Positions 49,650 through 58,653 of a stretch of DNA of 64,000 nucleotides are shown piece by piece. The stretch is taken from contig OY969565.1 in NCBI GenBank assembly GCA_963701105.1, positions 1,014,998 through 1,078,997 of the forward strand, given 5' to 3'. The notes under the pieces are model-generated. The model was not told the origin of the DNA. It made no database searches and saw nothing but the letters and a program-made list of their open reading frames with translations. The number at the start of each line of letters is the position of its first letter. The stretch's first letter is position 1. Both the position numbers and the translations under genes were made by a program. This DNA comes from an uncultured Actinomycetota bacterium (lineage in GTDB: Bacteria; Actinomycetota; Thermoleophilia; RBG-16-64-13).

Positions 49650-52600
49650 CTATTGCCCTATCTGTTTCATCAGCTCATCAACAGCTTTCTTCAACTGTGC
49701 ATCTGTTCCTTTTGCACGGTAGTCCGGAGCATTCTCAACCACAAAATCAGGAGTAGCGGCTTCGTCTTCCATATCATTATTTGTCTTCTTTATATACCAT
49801 CCTCTGCCGGGCAGACGAACAAACGTACCATCAACCATACTTCTTCCGCCTGTGGAAATAACAGCACCGAAAGTTGGTTTACCGACAAGCTTCCCTATTC
49901 CCAAAGTCTGGTAAGCGTGAGAAAATATTTCCGCATTCGAATAACTGTTCTCATTGCACATAGCAATACTTGGTTTTATCCACGCTGTGTAAGGAAGCCT
50001 TTCACCAAGAGGATAATAACCTGTGAACTTAAGATGATCTTTTGCAAGGTTGTCTGCTGCACCTCGTCGGGATTGTGTACGCGTGCTGTTTGTAATTAAG
50101 GACAAGCATAAGATAATCCGTTGTCCAGCCGCCGCCGTTGTAGCGTACATCAACAACAATTGCATCTTTGCCGTTACCCGTTGCCTGAAGTTCTCTTTCA
50201 AATTCCTCAAAACTTTCCCAGCCCATTGCTTTTATATGAATATAGCCGATCCTTCCTTTTGAATATTCATCTGTTAATTTTTTCCTGTCCTGCACCCACT
50301 CATTATACAGAAGATCTTTTATATTATTTACGGGACGAATTATTACTTCTCTTGTTTTACCTTCTTTTGATTTAACTTCAAGCAGAACTCTTTCATCTGC
50401 TGTGTTTACAAACTTTGAGTAGAAATTAATATTTCCGCCGACATCTTCACCATTTACTTGTGTAATTACATCACCGGCTTCAAGTTTGCTTTCTGTTTTA
50501 TCTGCAGGACTTTCGGGTATAACCCGTTCAACAAGAATTCCGCCGTCTGCATTTCCTATTTCTATTCCGAGTAAGCCTGTAACTTCTTTCTGTGTTTCCT
50601 CACGGTCGCTTCCGTACATTCCCATATGGCTTGCGTTTATCTGCCCCAGCATAAAATTAAACATATACCTGAAGTCGCGGCTTGTTGAAGCAGCCATTAC
50701 CCAGGGTTTGTACTTCGCTTTAATTGCATTCCAGTCGTGACCATTAAAACCGGGATCATAAAAACCGTCTCTTATCATTCTCCACGATTCCTCAAAGATC
50801 TGTTCTTTTTCTTTTGAAAAATCTATCTGCATCTTTGCTGCATAAGAAAGACCTTCCTCTTTCTTTTTATCGAGATCAACTTTTGAAAGCTTACCTTCTC
50901 CTTTAAACAAATATATATTTTTTACATTCTTATCCGGGAGCAAAGAAGAATATGCATCGCTTCCTTTTATAATTGATTCAAAATCTTTTCCGTCCCACTT
51001 AATGCTGTAAAGCGAATAATCAAGTTTCTTTCCCTTACCCGATGAATAAGGAGCAGTAAAGTAAAATGTTTCACCGTCTGCGGAGATAATTACATTTCTT
51101 TCATCGCCGGGCATTGAAGTAACCTGGACTAATCTTTTATATATATCAGGGAAATCTATTTCAACTTCTTTTACTTTGGCTGAATCTTTATCTTTTTTCT
51201 TATCCTTTTTCTCTTCTTTCGGTTTTTCGGATTCATCCCAGTCCTGCTGAGTTTTTTCCCAATCGGCTTTCTTCAGCCAAACAAACCAGACATCCGCACT
51301 GTTGTTATTCCTGTCTGAAATAAATCCAAGTTTCGAACCATCAGGACTCCAGAACGGCTGACCGTCGTGCCTTGGATGCATACTTACATTTACTGCTTCG
51401 TGCGAGTTATCTGCAGCCTGTATAAAAATTTCATCATTGAAATAAAGATCGGTCTTTGAGTAAGCAAGCCATTTTGAATCAGGACTCCATGCTAAATCTA
51501 CCGGACCGGCCCAGTCATCAGATAATATTTTTTCATCGGAAAGCTTTCCGTCTTTATCAATCATTGCTGTAATAAGCTGACCGTTGCCGCGAAGGTAAGC
51601 GATCATCTTTCCGTCGGGCGACATTGATAATTCCGATTCATCTTTATCTGTGTTTGTTATTCTATCAACTTTATGCTTTAAGCTTTTAAATATGTTCGTT
51701 TCTTTTTTATCAGAAGAAGAAACAGCGTAAATATCAAACTCGCCTGCTTCATCCGAAGTAAAAACAAGAACGGAATCATTTACCCATTGCGGGTTTTCAT
51801 CTCTTGCAGGACTTTTGGTAAGGTTAACAGTAAGACTTTTATCTTTATCATTTTCTGTTACAAAAATATCTCCGCGTACTGCAAGAGCAATATATTTTCC
51901 GTTTGGTGAAAGTGAAAACTCCGATGCTTTTGAAGTGAGAGTTTTCCATTCATAAGGATCGAGCTTGTAATCCGATGCAACATCAATTGAAAGCTTGTTT
52001 AAGTTTGTTCCGTCTGAATTAATTGTGTAGAGATTCATATCCTTTTCCAGCACAAGCCTGTTTCCATTGCTGCTTACACTGAAATTACGCACGCCGTCAT
52101 CTGTAAAAGTTGTTACTGCACTTTCGGTTAATTTCTCACCGTTGGCACCGAGAGATATTTTATGAACATTGTATTTTCCGCTTGCAGAGCTGATGTAATA
52201 AATAGTGCGTTCGCCTCCCCATTCGGGTGAATAATCGTTGCCGGCAAAATCTGTAAGCTGAATATATTTTTTGTCTTTTGTGTCGTACAGCCAGATATCC
52301 CTGTTTGCAGAGCCGCGGTATTCTTCACGCGTAATACGGCAGTCTCCTTTTGTAAAAGCAATAAATCTTCCGTCGGGAGATTCTGCAGGATCGTAGCCGA
52401 ATGCATCGAGCGCTCTTTCAGGAGTTCCGCCGTTTGGTGATGCCGTATAAATTTCAGGCGACCATTCTACCGAGTTATAATTTCTTCGTAGTTGTAAAAT
52501 ATATTTTCCCGCTGTTGGACCAGCTTGATATAACATCGCCGGTTGAGTGGTAAGTAAGTCTTAAAGGAACTCCGCCGGCAGCATCCGCAACATAAATATC

Positions 52601-52867
52601 TGAGTTGCCGAACCTGTCACTGTTAAAAGCAATTTTATTTCCGTCCGGGCTCCACACACTATTAGTTTCTATTCCTTCGTGCTCGGTTATCCTGTCTGCT
52701 TTGCCGCCGGAAGAAGAAACAGTCCATATATCTCCCTGGTATGAAAAAGCAATCTTTGAGCCGTCTTTGTTAATTGAAGGATACAGAAGCAGAGGCTGGT
52801 TCTGCGGAAATGCGATTGAAGAAAGTAAAATAAGAACAGTGAAAAAGGCTAATGGTTTTAACATCAT
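49650..52867 (-). pseudogene. Tricorn-like protease (PD40/beta-propeller, PDZ and S41 peptidase domains), with two +1 frame shifts
   Basis: Three consecutive ORFs (52475-52867, 50029-52536, 49650-50210) together encode one protein of about 1070 aa: signal peptide, WSPDG repeats, PDZ (GDVITQVNGEDV), then the S41 core (DVRYNGGGW...NENSYSNAEIF). The breaks lie near 52481-52487 and 50066-50070. Confidence 0.8.
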
Positions 52868-52904
52868 TAACTCCCGGTATTTATGAGCGAATGAAATGAT
52901 ATTG

Positions 52905-52947
52905 TCATCCCGAACCTGCCTGCCGGCAGGCAGGCTCGTTTCAGGAT
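52905..52947. repeat. GC-rich palindromic element
   Basis: A perfect 20-nt palindrome CCTGCCTGCC|GGCAGGCAGG (52915-52934) is embedded in imperfect outer arms TCATCCCGAA...GTTTCAGGAT. It sits in the AT-rich spacer 38 nt upstream of the tricorn-like start. Confidence 0.6.
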
Positions 52948-53004
52948 CTTCCTAAAATTGAAATTCCAAAATCAATTGGATTACAAATATAAAATTTTCA
53001 TTAA

Positions 53005-53032
53005 AAATTGCGGAGTATAAAAGGATGAACGG
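53005..53032 (+). repeat. Short direct repeat, copy 1 (AAATTGCGGAGTATAAAAGGATGAACGG)
   Basis: Shares an identical 19-mer TTGCGGAGTATAAAAGGAT with 54647-54665. The two copies flank the SpoIIE-type gene. Confidence 0.7.
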
Positions 53033-53103
53033 TAATAAAATATTTTAAGTGAAAAGAAACTTGATCTCCATTTGCCATGACTATTATTTAATTCAAATGT
53101 TGC

Positions 53104-54522
53104 TTACCTGCTGTCCACAATTACAAAAGTGATATCATCCTGCTGCGGAGTTTTTTTATCCTGCCATAATTTTAATTCACTCAAAAATACTTTCCCTAAC
53201 TCATCTGCAGCAAGATTTTTGTTACTACTAATTAACTCATCTAAACGTTTATTTCCAAATTCATCTCCTGCAGCATTCCTGGATTCAGTAAGACCATCTG
53301 TATAAAGCAGGAAGCGTCATTGTGTTTTGAATGCAAAGCTACGCTCAGGATATTCTGTCTCTGTTGAAACTCCAAAAAGCAAACCATTGCTTTCGACCGA
53401 CTCAAGCTTTCCAGCAGAAGAATTCCAGTAAAGTAATGGCGGATGACCTGCTGCTGCATATCTGGCTAAATATTTTTCTGAATCAATATAAAGATAAGCG
53501 GCAGTTACAAACTGTCCGTGAAGCTGGCTGCCAAGTATTTTACCAAGCTGACTCAGTACTTCACCCGGATATTTTGCAGCATCTATAACCGACTGCATTG
53601 CAATTTTTATCATCGAGGCAATTAAAGCTGCAGGAACCCCATGACCCGAAACATCAGCAATAAGAAAACCGGCTTCGTGTGGACTGATCTCAATAAAATC
53701 ATAAAAATCACCTGCCACTGAAGTCATCGGGTAATAAGCAGCAGCTATATTTAATCCTTTTATCTCAGGTACATTAGCGGGAAGAATTGAAGTCTGTATC
53801 TGCCGGGCGGTCTCCATTTCATTTTCAATTGTAATCAGTTTTCGTTCATTAGTAAAGATTATGTTTGCTGCTGTGTAAGCCAGCGCTAAAAGTAAAACCG
53901 CAAAACCAAACCAGCCGGTAAATGGATAAGTCTCGTAACCAACGAGTCCTGATAAATTTGTGTACAGTGCTTCAACTATAAAAATAATTGTACCAACAGC
54001 CAGCACACCGCGGTTGGGAAGAACAAGGTACTTATCCGCTAATGATTTTACCGAAAGAACAACTACTAGAAATATCAGGGTTGCTGCTGCCAAAAGACTA
54101 TTGGGAAGCATAAAAGCTTGTGAATTACCTGTAATAAAAAACCAGGCGATACCCAGAACAGCGATGACCAATGCAGCAATGATCATAACTATAATTATTG
54201 TGCGGACTTTTTCCCTGGTTAAATACACCCACGTGAGCAGAGCAAAAACCAGTATCAAATAACTTATTATTACATCTGCTGCTGGAATAATGCTTTGAAT
54301 GAACTGGGGAAAGAATATATTAACTGCTTCCGATTCAATTAATAACCTTAACCCGTAAGCCCCGCTCCACGCTGCAAGCCATATTAATATCCTGATGTCT
54401 CTCCCGCGTCGCAGCAATGCAATAGAAACAGATACCAGTCCGACCAGTAAAAAGAATGTGCCGAAGATAATTTCCCCGAGCTGCTGACTGAGTTGACTAA
54501 TGTTCTGCATTTCATTTTGCAT
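53104..54522 (-). pseudogene. Membrane-bound SpoIIE/PP2C-type protein phosphatase with an in-frame TGA
   Basis: The 401-aa ORF has about 8 N-terminal TM helices and a PP2C domain (GDFYDF, ADVSGHG). It stops at TGA 53317-53319. The same frame continues RFLLYTDGLTESRNAAGDEFG...DDITFVIVDSR to TAA 53104-53106, which supplies the missing C-terminal PP2C motifs. Confidence 0.75.
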
Positions 54523-54642
54523 TTGTTAAGACTATTGTTTTCCCTGTTTTATATGCAGGTTTAAATGCTGCAACACTGTTTTTAATATTTAAACTAATTT
54601 ACTAAAAATCCGGATGTACTATCTTAGCCAATGTCTTAAACA

Positions 54643-54671
54643 AAATTTGCGGAGTATAAAAGGATAAACGG
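54643..54671 (+). repeat. Short direct repeat, copy 2 (AAATTTGCGGAGTATAAAAGGATAAACGG)
   Basis: See copy 1. The 13-mer TATAAAAGGATGA of copy 1 recurs at 55937-55949. Confidence 0.7.
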
Positions 54672-54712
54672 CGGGATAATAGTTTGAATGTAAAGATAAG
54701 ATTCTCTTTCAG

Positions 54713-54747
54713 CAGTGCAGCGCGGGTTCACATCCCCGGCTGCACTG
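54713..54747 (-). terminator. GC-rich hairpin downstream of the 85-aa gene
   Basis: CAGTGCAGC-g-CGGG ttcacatc CCCG-GCTGCACTG forms 13 bp with one bulge, 43 nt after the stop at 54790. There is no clear U-tract. Confidence 0.4.
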
Positions 54748-54789
54748 AGATCTGTCGGTTTTGGCTTATATGCTTTTATTAAACCTTGT

Positions 54790-55047
54790 TTAAATAGTTG
54801 CAACCGGCGCACTGATTACACCGGCTTTCTGAATATCTGCCTGCCTTGCGGGATCGTTCATCATTTTATCAAAAACTTCCGGACCGGGAGCTTCAAAGAT
54901 CATTGTTACATCATTAGGATTTTTAAGCGATGTGTAAAGCCCATTAAGCTTAACGCCCGCTTTTGCACGGTTGGGCTCATCTGTGTCAAAGACCTTTTTC
55001 CATTCTTTAAAGTTTTTAACTTCGTGCTGAACAATTACTGTAACCAT
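54790..55047 (-). CDS. Small hypothetical protein (possibly a ferredoxin-like alpha/beta fold)
   Basis: 85 aa. MVTVIVQHEVKNFKEWKKVFD... has protein-like composition. It is preferred over the overlapping 146-aa plus-strand ORF, which is Cys/Phe-rich and low-complexity. Confidence 0.5.
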   Translation of the reverse strand: MVTVIVQHEVKNFKEWKKVFDTDEPNRAKAGVKLNGLYTSLKNPNDVTMIFEAPGPEVFDKMMNDPARQADIQKAGVISAPVATI

Positions 55048-55161
55048 TTCTTAACCTTTCATATATTTATACATAAATTAAACGTGATGATACCACGCCG
55101 TTTACTAAGTTATATCCAATCCCGACATTATAAAGTTTGTTACCGCGACGATTAATAAACA

Positions 55162-55740
55162 CTAATTTTTTTTAGACCACGGCGGTACAATGTGGTTTGT
55201 CCTTGCATAAGCAATGGACTGACCAAGGTGCTCGTGCGGATGAGTTGCAGTAAGCATTAATATTTGTGCTTTTGTAAACTTTCCGAACGGCAGCTCTACT
55301 GTTGTATCGAAGTCGGTGGCGGTGTAGTTTGAAAGAAAATTTGCGGCATCGGCATAAGATTTTTTCAAAAAGGTCATTATTTCCGCTTTATCTGTCATTG
55401 TTTTTTCAAGGTCCTGGTTTTCAGTGCCGGGTATTAATTCTTTCGGCATAGGCAAGCCCAGGTAAGAAAGAAAAAAATAATTACTCATTGCAAGATGAAC
55501 ATAAACTTCACTGACTGACCTGACTCCCTCTTCAGGTCTCCAGCTGTAATCTTCTGAAGGCATAGCATCAGCAAGCTGAATAACCTTATCGAATGTCTCC
55601 TTCAGATCATCAGAAACTAATTTAACTAATGAATATGACGGGCTGCTGTCCGCTTTACCTGTCATATCCTGTGCGGACAATTTGAACACTACCGGACTGC
55701 AGAGCAAAAGCACAAATAGCACCAGAGTAAACCGCGGCAT
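55162..55740 (-). CDS. DinB family protein
   Basis: 192 aa with a signal-like N-terminus. His-triad-like positions are present (VYVHLAMSNY, THPHEHLGQ). Confidence 0.7.
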   Translation of the reverse strand: MPRFTLVLFVLLLCSPVVFKLSAQDMTGKADSSPSYSLVKLVSDDLKETFDKVIQLADAMPSEDYSWRPEEGVRSVSEVYVHLAMSNYFFLSYLGLPMPKELIPGTENQDLEKTMTDKAEIMTFLKKSYADAANFLSNYTATDFDTTVELPFGKFTKAQILMLTATHPHEHLGQSIAYARTNHIVPPWSKKN

Positions 55741-56048
55741 ATATCCTCCTAAAAATTACGGAGCAATTAATATTAAATGTTTATTATGGAATTGTTTGTA
55801 TAACGGAGAAAAAAATAGTAAAACGTTTGTTACTCTGCAACTATTCACCAGTGATTATTTTTATAAGTTATCAATTTTTTACCGGTATATGCTTTAGCGC
55901 ACTTGCTGTATGTTAACAAAAGAATAGTTGTAATATTATAAAAGGATGATGAGTTGGGTGATGGGTTGGGGAAATAAATTTCGTTTTTCTTTTACAATGA
56001 AATTTTTTTTAAATTTTTTTAATAATTCATTTGTGAAGGTTAAAATGA

Positions 56049-56396
56049 CTATTCATAATTTCTCATTTCATTTCTGACTTTCGTTAACAAATTAATCATT
56101 CCCTTTCTAGACTCATCTATAAACGAAATAAAAGCTTTCATTTCATTTTCCAACTCTTTATTTAATCTATCGATCTCTTTTTGGATATTATCCTTGTAGT
56201 CACTTTCTTGGAGATTAGTATTAAGATTGTGAAAAAAATCTAGAGAAGTTACTACCACTTTTAAATTTGATAAACATTTTAGAAAATTTATCATCCCTTC
56301 ATTGTTCCAAAATGAATCATCGATATCAAAGTACAATAGAAAAGAATTCGCAATTTGATTGGATGCTTCTTGGAGTTTATTTAATTGAATGGTCAA
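56049..56396 (-). CDS. Helical hypothetical protein, probably the 3' part of a larger disrupted gene
   Basis: 115 aa with a TTG start. The frame stays open upstream without a start codon. A second frame from about 56690 to 56400 encodes IDCSIFTVVIGKVLHLIQQSKQHKY...LGSIARLYEQAPVLEK with similar helical character. Confidence 0.35.
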   Translation of the reverse strand: MTIQLNKLQEASNQIANSFLLYFDIDDSFWNNEGMINFLKCLSNLKVVVTSLDFFHNLNTNLQESDYKDNIQKEIDRLNKELENEMKAFISFIDESRKGMINLLTKVRNEMRNYE

Positions 56397-56744
56397 AGAA
56401 TTATTAAGGGCATTAAATACATCTCTTTCGATACCTTTTCCAAAACAGGTGCTTGTTCATATAATCTGGCGATTGAACCAAGAAGATTTGCAGATAGATA
56501 CCACTGCGAAACTGCTGCATATGCCACTTCTAATTTCTTAGTAAAAAAAGTTTTCTGAATTGAGTATTTATGCTGTTTAGACTGCTGTATAAGATGGAGT
56601 ACTTTACCGATTACAACTGTGAATATTGAACAATCAATCTAACAAGGATCGCATCAAAATGTATTAATATTCGACTCCATTGTAGCACCAAGAATTTAAT
56701 GCTTAAGCTATCTTTAACTTTTATCAAAAAAGGTAGTTAATTAT

Positions 56745-57376
56745 CTAGTTTTCTATTACTACCGAAATTGTCAGGATTATTTTTTTATTTTTATTTTCTT
56801 TAAATAAAATAAATTCATTATAATTCTTTTTCCAAGAGTATCTTAAACGAAACTTATATATTGATGTTGCGAATATTAAACCGAGAATGAAAAATGAAAG
56901 ATTTAACCAAAGTAGAAATGTGGTGCAATAACAATCGCAATGGAAGGCTAAGATTATAAAAGAAATTAATCCACCAAACTTAGATTCAAAAACAAATGAT
57001 AGAAACCGCTTTGTGTCTCGGTTTTTATCTTTGAGTCTGATTCAAGTGTGTAATAAAATATATAGTACTCTTCTTCCACTTCTCTGTCCGTTTTGCCTCT
57101 GTATAATTCAGGATTGTTTTTTCGCATTAGAGTTGTTGGAAGATCCTTTACGATACCGCGAAATAATCTGGGATAATCTATTGAATATAGAGCTCCTCCA
57201 ATGAATATTGAAAACACAACGAAGATTATCCCACTTATAACATCATTATTGAAACATTTCTCATCTAACTCAAAACAATTCTTTAAGATAACATAAAAAA
57301 TTGAAGTTAAATAAAAGCCAGGGATAATAATTCTTAATATTTCATACAATTTGAAGGAAGACATAATACTATTCAT
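56745..57376 (-). pseudogene. Small multi-TM membrane protein, apparently frame-shifted; candidate effector of the TIR cluster
   Basis: ATG 57376 is preceded by AAGGAA. Two TM helices (ILRIIIPGFYLTSIFYVIL, VISGIIFVVFSIFIGGALY) are followed by a soluble loop, and the ORF stops at 56966 inside a hydrophobic stretch. The +2 frame continues LISFIILAFHCDCYCTTFLLWLNLSFFILGLIFATSIYKF... to TAG 56745-56747, adding two more TM helices. Confidence 0.5.
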
Positions 57377-57413
57377 ATTTATTTCCTTATTAACCAACTT
57401 TGAGTTTTCAAGA

Positions 57414-57905
57414 TTAAATATTATTTCTGATTTCTATTGCCTTATCAATCCAAGATTCAATGTTTTCTTTTATATGATCATAAATGTAAGTACTTGTTAT
57501 AAAAGGGGGATCATAACATTTAACAATTGATGACATAGTTTTATCTCCGATAGTGAAATCATCAAATGGATTACTTCCTTTGTTACATTGGTTCCCATTT
57601 ACATCTTTAAGATTATGAACGTAAACACGAAAAATTCTACGTCCATCATCCCAAGCTTTTTTGATTTCATATTTAATCCATTTACGCCCTGCTGTGTTTT
57701 CACCTACAAATACTATTACACAAGATTTCCCCAACATATTGTCACCTATCCATTTTTTTATAGCATCAACTCCACCATTTGTAACTTCCTCCCATTTGTT
57801 TGTTGTGGCGACACTATTCCCTTCAATTTTTCCCATATTTCTAATCTGTGAGGCTCTCCAGTTATCGGGTTTATAGTGAAAACTAGTAAAAACTTTTTTA
57901 GCCAT
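57414..57905 (-). CDS. TIR-like domain protein (DUF1863 / ThsB-like)
   Basis: 163 aa. KVFTSFHYKPDNWRASQIRN and ...VIVFVGENTAGRKWIKYEIKKA show the beta-A strand motif plus W-x-x-x-E, typical of MTH538/DUF1863 TIR-like proteins. Confidence 0.75.
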   Translation of the reverse strand: MAKKVFTSFHYKPDNWRASQIRNMGKIEGNSVATTNKWEEVTNGGVDAIKKWIGDNMLGKSCVIVFVGENTAGRKWIKYEIKKAWDDGRRIFRVYVHNLKDVNGNQCNKGSNPFDDFTIGDKTMSSIVKCYDPPFITSTYIYDHIKENIESWIDKAIEIRNNI

Positions 57906-57931
57906 ATTTTCTCTTAAAATATTTTAATCAA

Positions 57932-58108
57932 CTAATTTTTTAATATATAATCTGCAATATTATCCTTTATCTCAAATGCGATACCAATATATTGGTCAAT
58001 ATCTTTTTCAAAGTCATCCCAAGTAACACAAAAAATATATGAGAAATATCCATAATAAATAGCGGAACCATTACAATCAGATGTTTGAGGTTTTTTCAAA
58101 TTAAACAT
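57932..58108 (-). CDS. 58-aa ORF: separate small gene or detached C-terminus of the upstream TIR-like gene
   Basis: Below the ORF-track cutoff. It encodes MFNLKKPQTSDCNGSAIYYGYFSYIFCVTWDDFEKDIDQYIGIAFEIKDNIADYILKN. Its tail resembles the C-terminal helix of the 57414 protein (YDHIKENIESWIDKAIEI). Confidence 0.35.
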   Translation of the reverse strand: MFNLKKPQTSDCNGSAIYYGYFSYIFCVTWDDFEKDIDQYIGIAFEIKDNIADYILKN

Positions 58109-58119
58109 GTTATCTCTAA

Positions 58120-58581
58120 TTATTTTAAATAAGATAATGTGTTATAAAAAATACTATTGCAAGCTTCGTTATATGTCATAAAATAACTATAATTATTAAA
58201 TTCATCTGGCAGAACAACTAATAATACAGCATTTGTTTCGCTTGTTCTTTTATCTCTAGTTAATTCTCTAAGTGAGTATGAAATCTCCCAAGGAATCCAT
58301 TGATAAGATTCTGGTTTTCCTTCCTCTTTCATCCCTTTAGATATAAAGATGATAGTTACACTACTGTCGAATATCTTTCCTTTTAATTTTGTTGCAATTG
58401 TTTCATCTTTAAATTCTTCTAAACTCTCATTATCATTTTCTCCTGTGTATAAATGGTCCTCTTCATCCAGTAAATCTTGAAGTTTATCAACATAATCTCT
58501 AGCAGTTGTAAAAATATTAGTATTAAGCTTATAAACTTTAGAATCTGAATACTTATATGTTACAAAAATCTTTTTACCCAT
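58120..58581 (-). CDS. TIR-like domain protein (second ThsB-like paralogue)
   Basis: Start preferred at ATG 58581 (GGAG 8 nt upstream). The ORF track starts at 58653, abutting the upstream stop. [11 protein letters not shown]...[10 protein letters not shown]...[12 protein letters not shown] shows the TIR beta-A strand and W-x-x-x-E motif. Confidence 0.65.
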   Translation of the reverse strand: MGKKIFVTYKYSDSKVYKLNTNIFTTARDYVDKLQDLLDEEDHLYTGENDNESLEEFKDETIATKLKGKIFDSSVTIIFISKGMKEEGKPESYQWIPWEISYSLRELTRDKRTSETNAVLLVVLPDEFNNYSYFMTYNEACNSIFYNTLSYLK

Positions 58582-58653
58582 TTTTTTTCTCCATGAATTA
58601 TAACCACATTTTTCTGAGCAAATCCTTAAAAAGTGACAAATAAGTATATTCAT

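Noticed and set aside
53317-53319. TGA in the SpoIIE phosphatase as selenocysteine or reassigned codon
   Set aside because: TGA clearly terminates other genes here (coxB, coxC, the cytochrome b/c fusion). I see no SECIS-like hairpin, and PP2C phosphatases are not selenoproteins. A nonsense mutation or sequencing error is simpler.
54715-55155. 146-aa plus-strand ORF
   Set aside because: It overlaps the more protein-like 85-aa minus-strand ORF, has Cys/Phe/Arg-rich odd composition, and starts inside a GC-rich hairpin. It is judged a shadow ORF.
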